Shown here: in pieces, positions 45,808-59,686 of the stretch
Position numbering within the stretch: position 1 is the first letter of the stretch
Layout: every line of letters starts with the position of its first letter
From: Bugula neritina
Lineage: Eukaryota; Animalia; Bryozoa
NCBI GenBank assembly: GCA_964035545.1
Contig: OZ037770.1
Span: 4,744,662-4,808,661, forward strand
Reading direction: 5' to 3'
Length of the DNA stretch: 64,000 bases
Made by a program: the position numbers and the translations under genes
Notes under the pieces: model-generated
Told to the model about the DNA's origin: nothing
The model's database searches: none
The model's input: only the letters and a program-made list of their open reading frames with translations

Positions 45808-46959
45808 GACCCGCCTCTCCCTGACTGGTGGCATGACAATTCTCTGTTATACATATTCGTTGCCCCTTATACTATGTACTTGGTGTTTTGTTTTGTTTTG
45901 TTTCTTTGTTCTCTCTCTTCTGTTTTTTTTTTTTTTTGTTTTGTTTATTGTCCGTCTCATTGTTATTATGTTATTATTCGCCCTCGTATCGGAAAGCACG
46001 CTTTCCGATAGGGGGTGTGTGTGATAGATTATGCCTTGGTTTATTCTTTTGTTCAATAATGTTAATTGGGGTCCGAAATTCGGAGTTCCGAATTTCGGCT
46101 TGACCGAAGATCGGTTCCCCCGATCTTCGGGCCTGCCGAATTTCGGAGCTACCGAACTTCGGGCCACACACACAAAAGATTCTTTGTTTTATGTTCTTTT
46201 GTTCGCTGTATATAAAAGCAGGCGAGTTACGGTGTAAAGCCAGTCTACTACTGGAGCTCGCCTGGACAAGTTGACATTATTTTTCTAATACAATAAACAT
46301 TTGGAACTCTACTACTTCAACCTATCTTGTTCTGCACTAAGTTACATTCAACCCACAAGTTTATCACAATATTTCAAGTTGATAAATTTTTGTGTGGAGT
46401 AATACCTATGTCAGATCAACAGCTATATTTGAATGTTTGACATTTTCACATGTAGAATGCTACATTGTAGTATAATATCATATCATAATAGTATATTGAA
46501 TATTATAGACAGTGACTAGTGAGATAGTTGTCTCCCCTAATGCATTCCAATACAATCACCAGCTTGCTAAAATAGAACAAATCACACATAACTCTTAAAT
46601 TATTAATGAATACAATAATATAACTATATTAAACTATTATATTATTAATTATTGGCGCAGATAGATGAAAACAATGAAAACTGGTTTTAGCCGGGAGAAG
46701 AAAACTCTACAGTGCAAATAATAGATAGCGTATTGTTTCTAACCAGCGTGAGTAGTTGCGTTTCTTTGCCGTTTCCGACTTACTTCCTAGTTGACTAGAG
46801 TCACAAAATTCCTAACTCGTTAATTTTTAATCCGCCATTCCCTGTTATGGTAATTTCATTTATTTTATCTTGTTTTCAAATTGCTGTATTCAAATAATTA
46901 GGTTACATAAGTGTAAATTATGATATCTCTATAGTGGCAAATAATCGTTTTGATTATCA

Positions 46960-47050
46960 GGTTATACATATAGTTATACTTATAGTTATAGTTATAGTTA
47001 TATAACTATAAGTTTAAGTTATAACTATAAGTTACAGTTATACTTATAGC
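46960..47050. repeat. (GTTATA)n imperfect hexamer repeat
   Basis: Directly visible. Confidence 0.75.
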
Positions 47051-49328
47051 AATAGCTTATCACTTTATCAGTTATCATCAATATTATGATTGTGATATCA
47101 TTATCATCATTATGATAAATTGATTATGGTTTAGAAAACCATAACGGTAATTACTTTGACTTTAAGTTTATATCAATATAAATATTATTATGATTTTTGT
47201 TATAATATCAGTGATGATGATTATAGTTTTGCTGACAATCATAATGATGTAATACCAATAACATAAGGCGGTAAGCATTAATGGTTTTCACTATAGTTGA
47301 ATACTCTATGAATATGGATATATGATAATTCGATCTTAACCATATATCCATGACCAGAATGATTATGTAATACTAATACTAATACTAATAATAATATACA
47401 TATTTATTAATACTCTGGATATCAATATCAATATAAATATGATTGTTTATGTAATGTAAGTTCCTACTCACTCGACAGTCAGTGTTAGAGTCTTCACTTT
47501 TACGTTCACTCTCACAATAGCCAATATCCAAGCCTTACAAGCTGGTAGAAAACCCAAATACTTGTAAGGCAGTTAGCCAATCGCCTCAGGTTAGCTTGTA
47601 GCTTATCTGCTAAAGACTATAAACCACATTATATTCCAGTTTATAATATTGTTATGTAATACTTGTAGTAGTATGTATCGTAGTAATATTTATTGATGGT
47701 GATGATAATTAATGACTATCACTATGCTTGTTCTTAGCTTTAATATTTATATTAAACGAAAAGACTATGCTGAATTTTATATAGTTGATCTACACAAGTG
47801 CAGTACCAAAGGCAACACCCATGGGCGATTTTGTTTAATAGTTATAATGAAACTACACAGTAATATTCCAAATTAATTTGATGCTATTTTGGCAATAACG
47901 AAATGCATAAACAAAGCCACATGTTGATAGTGTAATTGTCGGTTTTTTCTTAAACTTCCAATTGGTTCTTCTTACAGTGTTTCTTCAAGGTTTTTTCTCC
48001 AATATATGTCAGAAAGTTAGCCATTTGCGCCTGCATGTAAAATTGCATAGTCTTTAACATGATTTAAATGGTTTTATAATCTTTTAGTGCATCAGTGAGC
48101 TCTTGTACTTGGTTTTCACAAATTGTGTTATTCTAGATACACTCTAACATGTGTCAAATTGTATTTCAGTAATTAAATAAATAAAGCTGTTTAAGTATAT
48201 ACAGCTATAGAAGTTTTATCACTGCTCCTTAGGCTAGTTGTAGTTATTGTACTTTGTTAGGAGTTATGTTTAGGTATTTTATAGCTACATTGCTTGTCCT
48301 AATACGATATAGTATGCCATTGTTTAACATCTATATTGTAATATTTGAGGAAATTTGCATGAAAAAGCAAACTAAATTAGCTCAAGGTGTGTTCTCAGCG
48401 TCATAAGTGTTTTGTATGTTTGTTGAAGTTAAGTTTTGAGGCTATTGTTATAGCCAGAGTTTAAGTTGTTTTCATGTAAAGGTTTTCATTACTTTTCTAT
48501 TTGTAATAGTTCTATATAATTTATTTTAGTGATCTCTTAATCTTTAGTATAAGTTGATTTAATGAACACCATCTATTAGTATTTCCAGTTCATCTGCATT
48601 GAGATCCGCAGCTTCTTTAGGATTTTCTGTTTCAAACATATAATTTATTGCACAGCCAACAAAATAGCTTTATATTCTTGAGAATGGTGGATACATATTT
48701 TGCAATAGGCAATATGTGAAATATGTGTTTAACAAACCACTTAATCAAAGTGTATGTGTCGACCAAATAAGATATTTGATTTGAGGATGTTGTAATTGCA
48801 TAATCCAAATAATAGGTGAGCTATTGGTCAGCTATATGACTATGGCTCTACATGGTCTAGGGGTTAGAGCCTAGAGGGTTTGCCTAGTAAGCAGAAAGTG
48901 ATGGGCTATATAGGTATAAAGGCTATATAGGCTATATATAGGTGATTGAAATGTTTAATAAAATTCCTTAGATATGAATTCTTTGCATTTTCCATAAAGT
49001 GTGTAAAGTCAAATAAAAACTATCACTTTCTGTTTGAGTCACAACTTATTCAACTTTAAAGTGTTTGATGCAAAGTCATATTAGTAATGATTATATATTT
49101 ATCCAAAATAAATTATGTTAGTGTTTGAGAAAAGTATCAAAGCCCCTGAATTAGGTTTGTTGACCTGATGTTTTGTTCAGCCCTTTCTGAGAAAATTTAT
49201 GTACTACAATACTGAAAATAGCAGGTGACCATATTTTATTACTTCATGTATAATAAATATTTTAGATGGAGTTGTTACACCGTAGCTAAAACTTATTACC
49301 AAGAAAGATAATCTACTATTTGGTAACC

Positions 49329-49614
49329 ATGGCAACAGCTGGTGAGTAAATTTGATAACAACTTTATTCCCTTATTTCTTGAAAAGTAGAAATATTTAAA
49401 CTCTGAAGAAATGTTGATATTATGCCACCACCAATTAATATATATATATGGATAATTTTCTTTATGTAAAAATTTGAATAATCGGTATGCTTCATAGATT
49501 TTATTTATTTTTAGTCTAACACCTGAGGAGTGCAGTTTACTGCACGAAACTATATAGTCGTGTAAGATTTTTTAAAAAAATATATATGTATCATTAACAA
49601 TCTGAACACACTAC

Positions 49615-49665
<51 letters not shown>

Positions 49666-52600
49666 CTATAAAACTATTTTATTATCACTACTACATATAA
49701 TACTGTTTTATGTCACTAATTAGCGTAATACTTTGAAAATAGTAAAATAGATAAAATTACGCAAGCAGCTGGGTTAGAGTTGTCTTATCTCAACACAATA
49801 AACACTGAACTATAAACTATACATTAAATGATTATTTAGAAAGAATATAAAGCTATCCAATAAAATATATGTTACTCATGGTTATGACTACTGAAATCCA
49901 CCATATAATGAATTTATTCAATCAGTAGATGACAGGTGTCAGAATGATAGACACCACCTGCTAGCACTGTGTAATAATTGAACTGTCACTGTTTTTGTAT
50001 GATGTTACAGAAAATATGGAAATCTGGTTCAGACATTCTGGACAGTCTCCTGTAAGCTGGTGGGATGTATGGTCTGCTGATACCAAGTCATATACTACTG
50101 CTGAGGTGAAACGTGAAGTTGGGAGTTATAATATCACAGATTTGAAACTGGAAGAGAAAATTCCAAGTAACATTGGAGAGATTGCTGGTGAAGCCCTGCG
50201 TCTATGTGTTTCTAACCTGACTGACAGAGCAAGTCTAGACAAGTGAGTGTCTACTAAAATAGCAGTGTAAATGTTAAATGATAATGGATAATATATGCTG
50301 AAGCTGAAGGATATTTTTGCTCAGAATATATTCATACAATATAATATACATCAACATAGTAATATGTGCAACATTGTATGTAATCTAAGTGAGGTTATAG
50401 TTGTAGGAATTAAGGAGTGTAAAACTGCCTGTACTGTTATTTGATTATAGTATTGAATAAATCATGTTTCATGTAGCTAAAAACTGAAGTAATGTACAGT
50501 TTACAATATATTATACAAAAAATTATGTTTTGTCGTTAACTGCAAATATACAATATTAAACATTGGTTGATATATTAACTCACATAGGGTTGTAGAGTGA
50601 GGCCTTATGTACTATAAACTAACAGCTAACCTTGCATAATGAAGCTTCCTCTCCTCACCTACAACATAATATAACTGAATCTCTTAGCTGTTTTTTGCAG
50701 CAATATATCTGTTTCCTGCATGTTTTTTTTGTTAAATACACAAGTAGCATGATATATTAGTATATATTATTTTGATATGGTAGACATAAATAAATGAGAC
50801 ACTTTATATATTACAGTCTATGTCAGCTGACTCAGTTAGAGAGACTAGACATGGAATGGAATCCTCTCAACACAGTACCAGAAGTTGTGTCATCACTCAC
50901 ATCACTTAAAGAGTTGGATATGGGGAGCTGTAGATTATCTACTCTACCTGAGAGGTTTCTGTGTCACAGTCTCTCTTGTTTAAAACACTCAAAGATTCAC
51001 ATGTTGATATAATGCTTACGAAGTATTGCTAATTAGTATGTCACTATGTATTGTTGAAAAGCATAGAGCTATAAATTACAATTTTCTTGAAGCTATATGA
51101 TATTAGAATTTCTCAAAACTTGAAAATATTTTAAATATGTTTCAGTTATCTGGCATTACATTTCCTTTTGCTATAAAACTTTCTTCAACAAATACTATAG
51201 CACCCACTTGTAGTTTACTAGAATCTATTTCTTATTAAACGCTTATTAGCGTTCGGTATTTTGCTTTGAATTTGCTTTGTTGCAATAAATTTGTTTCTTG
51301 AATATTTTACCTGATTGAATACACAAGTATAGTATATACAGTATATAATAACATCCTGATACAGTGGATTATATATATTATGCACTTTATATTACAGTCT
51401 ATGTCAGCTGACTCAGTTAGAGAAACTAGACATAGGAGATAATCCTCTCAACACAGTACCAGAAGTTGTGCCATCACTCACATCACTTAAAGAGTTGTAT
51501 ATGAGGAACTGTGGTTTATCTACTCTACCTCAGAGGTTTGTGTGTCACAATAGTTATTTCTTGTGTATTAAACATTCCATATTTCACTTCTTTAATGCTT
51601 CTCAAGTAGTGTTATGCTATGATATCATATATTGCCAACGTATGTTAAAATACCTGAATATGCATTTTCGAACTTGTCCAATAGTTTGTGCTAAGGTGGA
51701 AATAATACAGCATTATGGTATGCCATTGTATATCCTTATATCACAAGAACCTTTTGTAATGAATAATAAAACAGCCATCTGCAGTTTACTGGCAATCATG
51801 GTAATAATCGAATCTTTCTTAGCTTCTTGCGTCTAGCACTTTGACTATCCATTACCGGAATGAATTTTTTTTCTGCATTTTTACTTGGTTGACTGTGCTT
51901 AGCAATAAAACATGTACAGTGTATATTATTATGACACAGGAGACTACATATATCATACCCGTTATAATTATTGCAGTCTATGCCAGCTGACTCAGTTAGA
52001 GAAACTAAACTTAAGAGGAAATCCTCTCAACACAGTACCAGAAGTTGTGTCATCATTCACATCACTTAAAGAGTTGGATATGGGGAGCTGTAGATTATCT
52101 ACTCTACCTAAGAGGTTTCTGTGTCGCAGTCTTTCTTGTTTAAAACACTCAATGATTCACATGTTGATATAATGCTTACCAAGTATTGCTAATTAGTATG
52201 TCACTGTGTATTGTTGAAAAGCATAAAGCTATAAATTACAATTTTCTTGAAGCTATATGATATTAGAATTTCTCAAAACTTGAAAATATTGTAAATATGT
52301 TTCAGTTAGCTGGCATAACATTTCCTATTGCTATAAAACCTTCTTCAACAAACACTATAGCACCCACTTGTAGTTTACTAGAATCTATTTCTTATTAAAC
52401 GCTTATTAGCTTTCGGTATTTCACTTTGAATTTGGTTTGTTGGAATAAATTTGTTTCTTGAATATTTTACCTGATTGAATACACAAGTAGTATATACTAT
52501 TATCATGATACAGTGGATTAAACATAATATAACACACTTTATATTACAGTCTATGTCAGCTGACTCAGTTAGAGAAACTGGACATGGGATGTAATCCTCT

Positions 52601-55600
52601 CCATACAGTACCAGAAGTTGTGTCATCACTCACATCAATTAAGGAGTTGGATATGTGGAGATGTGAATTATCTATTCTACCTGGGAGGTTTGTATTGCAC
52701 AATATTATCTCTGTTTCAAACATTCAATATTTCACTTCTTTAATGCTTATCAAGTAGTGTTATGCTATATATTATCATATATTGCCAACGTATGTTAAAA
52801 TACCTATAGATATGCATTTTCGAACTTGTCCAATAGTTTGTGCTAAGGTGGAAATAATACAGCATTATGGTATGCTATTGTATATCCTTATAACACAAGA
52901 ACCTTTTGTAATGAATAATAAAACAGCCATCTGCAGTTTACTGGCAATCATGGTAATAATCGAATCTTTCTTAGCTTCTTGCGTCAAGCACTTTGACTAT
53001 CCATTACCGGAATGAATTTTTTTTCTGCATTTTTTACCTGGCTGACTGTGCTTAGCAATATAACATGTACAGTGTATATTATTATGACACAGTAGACTAC
53101 ATATATCATACCCTTTATAATTATTGCAGTCTATGCCAGCTGACTCAGTTAGAGAAACTAGACATAAGATGGAATCCTCTCAACACAGTACCAGAAGTTG
53201 CGTCATCATTCACATCACTTAAAGAGCTGGATATGTGGAACTGTAAAATATTAACTTTACCTGAGAGGTTTGTGGAACACAGTCTTTCTTGTTTCAAACA
53301 CTTAATAATTCACAGTTTGATATAATTGTAAACTATCATCCCTGGTTTGTAAACAGGCACAATGTGGTCTTCAGTCTCTACTGATGTTTTATTGGTAAAA
53401 CTGTCGTGAAAACTACAATTGATGAAATTGTGAATTTGCCATAATGAATGATAATATGTGATAAAACTTTCATCAGTGGTAATTTGACACTAACTAATAA
53501 GCTTCAAGTAAAGAACAAGTATTGCTATAAAAATCAGTATACACCATCCAAGTTATTAAAATTGATATTAAAAAAGATAATACAAATGCCATAAATGATT
53601 GTCAAAAATACTACAATAACAACAATCACCTTGTTAGACCATCCGGGAATGGAGCTTATAACTTTGATGTTAATGTAGTAGGTAAATATTTTCTACTTTG
53701 ATAATATTGATTTAAATGCAACAAAATATTTAACATAACAAGTGAAAAGTTACTCAGCAGTTTATGCTACATGTTAGCTGACTAAAAGTGTAGCATAGAA
53801 CGAGAGCTGAGAGTAAAATATTCTTTAATGAATGAGTCATTTCAGGAAGCTGATGGTGTAAAAAGCTATTTATATATCTTAGTCATAGCGAAATCATACA
53901 CATGAGGAAATCATGTTGACTTTCGTGTGCAAATTTGTCATAGCCATAAAAGCAAAACAGCTACATATAAATGACTAATGCAATGGTTTTCTAATTATAG
54001 GCACGTTGGTTAACTTTGTTTGTTTTGATGAGAGCAAAAAATTTTACTGGCATTCCAATTAATTACAATAATGCTTACCAAGTATTGTCAATTAGTATGT
54101 CACTATGTATTGTTGAAAAGCATAAAGCTATAAATTACATATTTCTTGAGGCTATATGATATTAGAGTTTCTGAAAACTTGAAAATAAATATGTTTCAGT
54201 TATCTGGCATTACATTTTCTATTACTATGAAACCTTCTCCAACAAACACTATAGCACCCACTTGTAGTTTACTAGAATCTAGTTCACATTAAATGCTTAT
54301 TAGGTTTCGGTATTTCACTTTGAATTTGCTTTGTTGCAATAAATATGTTTCTTGGATATTTTACCTGATTGAATACACAAGTGGTATACACTATTATCAT
54401 GATACAGTGGATTAAACACATAACACACTTTATATTACAGCCTGTGTAAGCTGACTCAGTTAGAGACACTATACATAGGATGGAATCCTCTCAACACAGT
54501 ACCAGAAGTTGTGTCATCACTCACATCACTTAAAGAGTTGGATATGTGGTACTGTGAATTATCTACTCTACCTGGGAGGTTTGTATTGCACAATATTATC
54601 TCTGTTTCAAACATTCAATATTTCACTTCTTTAATGCTTATCAAGTAGTGTTATGCTATTTTATTATATATTGCCAACGTATGTTAAAAAACCTATAGAT
54701 ATGCATTTTCGAACTTGTCCAATAGTTTGTGCTAAGGTGGAAATAATACAGCCTCATGGTATGCCATTGTATATCCTTATATCACAAGAACCTTTTGTAA
54801 TGAATAATAAAACAGCCATCTGCAGTTTACTGGCAATCATGGTAATAATCGAATCGTTCTTAGCTTCTTGCGTCAATCACTTTGACTATCCATTACCGGA
54901 ATGAATTTTTTTCTGAACTTTTTACCTGACTGACTGTGCTTAGCAATATAACATGTACAGTGTATATTATTATGACACAGTAGACTACATGTATCTTACC
55001 CTTTATAATTATTGCAGTCTATGCCAGCTGACTCAGTTAGAGAAACTAAACTTAAGAAAGAATCCTCTCTACACAGTACCAGAAGTTGTGTCATCACTCA
55101 CATCACTTAAAGAGTTGGATATGAGGAGCTGTAAATTATCTACTCTACCTGAGAGGTTTATGGAGCACAATTTTTTTTCTTTCAAACACTCAATAATTCA
55201 CATGTTGATATAATGCTTACCAAGTATTGCTAATTAGTATGTCACTATGTATTGTTGAAAAGCATAAAGCTATAAATTACATATTTCTTGAGGCTATATG
55301 ATACTAGAGTTTCTCAAAACTTGAAAATAAATATGTTTCAGTTATCTGGCATTACATTTCCTATTACTATGAAACCTTCTCCAATAAATACTATAGCACT
55401 CGCTTGTAGTTTACTAGAATCTAGTTCGCATTAAATGCTTATTAGGGTTCGGTATTTTACTTTGAATTTGCTTTGTTGCAATAAATTTGTTTCTTGGATA
55501 TTTTACTTGATTGAATACACAAGTAGTATATACTATTATCATGATACAGTGGATTAAACACATAACACACTTTATATTACAGTCTATGTAAGCTGACTCA

Positions 55601-58600
55601 GTTAGAGAAACTAGACATAGGATGGAATCCTCTCAACACAGTACCAGAAGTTGTGTCATCACTCACATCAATTAAAGAGTTGGATATGTGGTGCTGTGAA
55701 TTATCTACTCTACCTGGGAGGTTTGTGTGTCACTACAAATTTTATATCATTTTTAACGTTCAATAATTATTATTTTGTAGGAGAATTTCAGCACAGTAAA
55801 TACTACATTAAGATGTTTATACTTTTTCTCTGCAAACCCCCATACGAATCTTAACGTTTCAGAGGATATTGTCAATTAGCACACTATCAGTTGTATAGTT
55901 GATTATTATTCACACACTGAGTATATATAATAATTGAATACTTGTATGCTATTATAATAAACTGTTAACTTCTCATGCTCTGCATGTAATATGCTACAAT
56001 AAGTTGCTTGGTAGTTGAGTTGTATATAGTTTTACCTGGTTGAAAACAAAATGTGAATATAGTATAAAATATTATAGTAATGCAGACTACATATATATCA
56101 TATACTATATATTACAGTCTATGTCAGCTGACTCAGTTAGAGAAACTGTACATAGGAGCAAATCCTCTCAATACAGTACCAGAAGTTGTGTCATCACTCA
56201 CATCACTTAAAGAGTTGGATATGAGGATATGTGAATTATCTACTCTACCTGGGAGGTTTGTATTGCACAATATTATCTCTGTTTCAAACATTCAATATTT
56301 CACTTCTTTAATGCTTATCAAGTAGTGTTATGCTATTTTATTATATATTGCCAACGTATGTTAAAAAACCTATAGATATGCATTTTCGAACTTGTCCAAT
56401 AGTTTGTGCTAAGGTGGAAATAATACAGCCTCATGGTATGCTATTGTATATCCTTATATCACAAGAACCTTTTGTAATGAATAATAAAACAGCCATCCGC
56501 AGTGTACTGGCAATCATGGTAATAATCGAATCTTTCTTAGCTTCTTGCGTCAATCACTTTGACTATCCATTACTTGAATGAATTTTTTTCTGAACTTTTT
56601 ACCTGGCTGACTGTGCTTAGCAATATAACATGTACAGTGTATATTATTACGACACAGTAGACTACATATATCATACCCTTTATAATTATTGCAGTCTATG
56701 CCAGCTGACTCAGTTAGAGAAACTAAAGTTAAGAGGAAATCCTCTCAACACAGTACCAGAAGTTGTGTCATCACTCACATCACTTAAGGAGTTGGATATG
56801 GGGAGATGTAACTTATCTACTCTACCTCAGAGGTTTGTGGAACACAGTCTTTCTTGTTTCAAACATTCAATAATTCACATGTTGATATAATGCTTACCAA
56901 GTATTGCTAATTAGTATGTCACTATGTATAGTTGAAAAGCATAAAGCTATAAATTACAATTTTCTTGAGGCTATATTGTATTTGAGTTTCTCAAAACTTG
57001 AAAATAAATATGTTTCAGTTTTCTGGCATTACATTTCCTATTGCCATAAAAAGTTCTTCAACAAATACTATAGCACCGCTTGTACTTTACTAGAATCTAT
57101 TTCAGATTAAATGTCTTTTACTTTAAATATGCCTTGTCAAAATAAATTTTTTTTGCATGTTATACCATATTGAATACACCACTGTAGTATACACAGTACA
57201 TAATATTATCCTGATACAGTGGATTGCATATATTATGCACTTTATATTACAGTCTGTGTCAGCTGACTCGGTTAGAAAAACTAGACATAGGATATAATCC
57301 TCTCAACACAGTACCAGAAGTTGTGTCATCACTCACATCACTTAAAGAGTTGTATATGTGGAACTGTAAATTATCTACTCTACCTGGGAGGTTTGTGTGT
57401 TACAATAATTATTTCTTTTGTTTTAAACATTCTATATTTCACTTCTTTAATGCTTCTCAAGTAGTGTTATGCTATGATATCATATATTGCCGACGTATGT
57501 TGAAAAACATAAACATGTATTTTTTTAACTTATCTAGTTGTTTGTCCTAATGTAGAAATAATACAATTTTATAGTGAGCCATTGTATATCCTTATATCAC
57601 AATACTTTTTGTAATCAAAAATAAAGCAGCCCTCTGCAGTTTACTGACAATCATGGTAATAATCGAATCTTTCTTAGCTTCTTGCGTCAAGCACTTTGAC
57701 TATCCATTACTGGAATGAATTTTTTTTCTGCATTTTTTACCTGGCTGACTGTGCTTAGCAATATAGTATGTACAGTGTATATTATTATGACACAGGAGAC
57801 TACATATATCATACCCTTTATAATTATTGCAGTCTATGCCAGCTGACTCAGTTAGAGAAACTAAACTTAAGAAGGAATCCTTTCAACACAATACCAGAAG
57901 TTGTGTCATCACTCACATCACTTAAAGAGTTGAATATGTGGGACTGTAGATTATCTACTCTACCTGAGAGGTTTGTGGAACACAGTCTTTCTTGTTTCAA
58001 ACACTCAATAATTCACATGTTGATAAAATGCTTACCAAGTATTGGGAATTAGTATGTCACTATGTATTGTTGAAAAGCATAAAGTTATAAATTACATATT
58101 TCTTGAGGCTATATTGAATTAGAGTTTCTCATTACTTGAAAATAAATATGTTTCAGTTATCTGTCATTACATTTCCTATTGCTATAAAACTTTTTTAACA
58201 AATATTATAGCATCCACTTGTAGTTTACTATAGTGTGTATTTCTCATTAAATGGTTATTAGAGCCTTCTGTACTTTACTATGAATATGCCTTAGCGTAAT
58301 AAATTTGCTATTTGGATATTTTACTTGATTGAATATGCAGTGTTTGTTATGATACAATAAATTAAATATATCACATACTTCTTATTACAGTCTATGTCAG
58401 CTGACTCAGTTAGAGAAACTAGACATAGAAGGGAATCCTCTCAACACAGTACCAGAAGTTGTGTCATTACTCACATCACTTAAAGAGTTGAATATGGAGA
58501 GATGTAACTTATCTAATCTACCTGAGAGGTTTGTGTGCCACAACGAGTTTTATATATCACTTTTAACATCCAATAATTGTTATTTTGAAGCAGATTTCAA

Positions 58601-59686
58601 CACAGTAAATACTACATTAAGATGTTTATACTTTTTCTCTGCAAACCTACATATGAATCTCATCGTTTCTGGGGATATTGTCAATTAGCACACTATCTAG
58701 AAGTTTCCTCTGCTTCACAAGTTATTTTATAGTATTTCTATATCTTTTTGAATATTTCCCATGATAGGTTGACTGGGCTGTTTTTCAGAAATCGTTTTAT
58801 TAACTCTTTTCATTATATTATAACTATAGCTACTTCTGTACACATAATATTATATTGTTATGGTAACGCAGTTTCTTATCACTGTCTAATTGAATGCACA
58901 AGTGCTATATACAGTACATAATATTATCCTGATACAGTGGATTACATGTATTATGCACTTTATATTACAGTCTATGTCAGGTGACTCAGATAGAGAAACT
59001 AAACATAGGAGATAATCCTCTCTACACAGTACCAGAAGTTGTGTCATCACTCACATCACTTAAAGAGTTGGATATGGAGAGCTGTGGATTACCTACTCTG
59101 CCTGAGAGGTTTGTGGAACACAGTCTTTTTTGTTTCAAAAACTGAATAATTCACATGTTTTTATAATGCTTACCAAGTGTTGTTAATTAATATGTCACTA
59201 TGTATTGTTGAAAAGCATAAAGCTATAAATTGAAAAATTTTCTTGAGTCTATATGATATTAGAGTTTCTAAAAACTTGAAAATAAATATGTTTCAGTTAT
59301 TAGGCATTACATTTCTCAATGCTATAAAGCCTTCTTCAACAAATACCATAGCATCCACTTGTAGTTTACTAGAATCTATTTCATGTTAAATGCTTATCAG
59401 CTTTCAGTATTTTACTTTGAATTTGCTTTATTGCAATAAATTTGTTTCTTGGATATTTTACCTGATTGAATACACAAGTATAGTATATACAGTATATAAT
59501 AATATCCTGATACAGTAGATTACATATATTATGCACTTTATATTACAGTCTGTGTCAGCTGATTCAGTTAGAGAAACTAAACATAGCATGGAATCTTCTC
59601 AAAACAGTACCAGAAGTTTTGTCATCACTCACATCACTTAAAGAGTTGAATATGAACAACTGTAAATTATCTACTCTACCTGAGAG
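49329..59686 (+). CDS. 5' part of a large LRR protein gene (candidate Roco/MFHAS1-like intracellular receptor); 3' part not in the window
   Basis: Putative start exon 49266-49341 (accATGG, MATA G|gtgagt). Exon 50011-50242 (ENMEIWFRHSGQSPVSWWDVW...SLD AA|gtgagt; phase 1 to 2). Then 15 phase-2 LRR exons, all stop-free, with no terminal exon. The Roco assignment is inference only. Confidence 0.8.
49617..49663. repeat. (TA)n microsatellite
   Basis: About 23 TA units. Confidence 0.95.
50817..59686 (+). repeat. Tandem array of 15 exon-plus-intron units; each exon is 138 nt and encodes two 23-aa LRRs
   Basis: Exons: 50817-50954, 51398-51535, 51977-52114, 52550-52687, 53130-53267, 54441-54578, 55018-55155, 55583-55720, 56118-56255, 56695-56832, 57253-57390, 57833-57970, 58391-58528, 58971-59108, 59549-59686. 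Consensus SLCQLTQLEKLxIxxNPLNTVPEVVSSLTSLKELxMxxCxLSTLPE; cag| acceptors and AG|gttt donors. Confidence 0.95.
53327..54067. mobile_element. 741-bp insertion (solo-LTR-like) in LRR intron 5
   Basis: TGTAA...TTACA ends and a 5-bp TSD ATAAT (53322-53326 and 54068-54072). Sister introns show the empty site gat-ataat-gcttacc. Confidence 0.85.

Larger units (their letters stand above)
38573..46368 (+). mobile_element. Intact, young Ty3/gypsy LTR retrotransposon, ~7.8 kb (element 4)
   Basis: LTRs 38573-38922 and 46020-46368 (1 substitution and one 1-nt indel). 4-bp TSD ATAT at 38569-38572 and 46369-46372. PBS TGGTGGCAGCAGTGGGATTC (tRNA-Leu) at 38924-38943. GATAGGGGG tract before the 3' LTR. Uninterrupted gag and pol. 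Confidence 0.97.

Noticed and set aside
51600-56581. Recurrent ORFs MHFRTCPIVCAKVEII... and MYSVYYYDT...
   Set aside because: They recur because class-B introns are duplicated; they lie outside the GT/AG boundaries and vary by indels.
50817-59686. CRISPR-like or non-coding satellite reading of the ~575-bp periodic array
   Set aside because: Eukaryotic DNA; the conserved units are 138-nt LRR exons with splice sites, and the intervening sequences are related introns rather than unique spacers.
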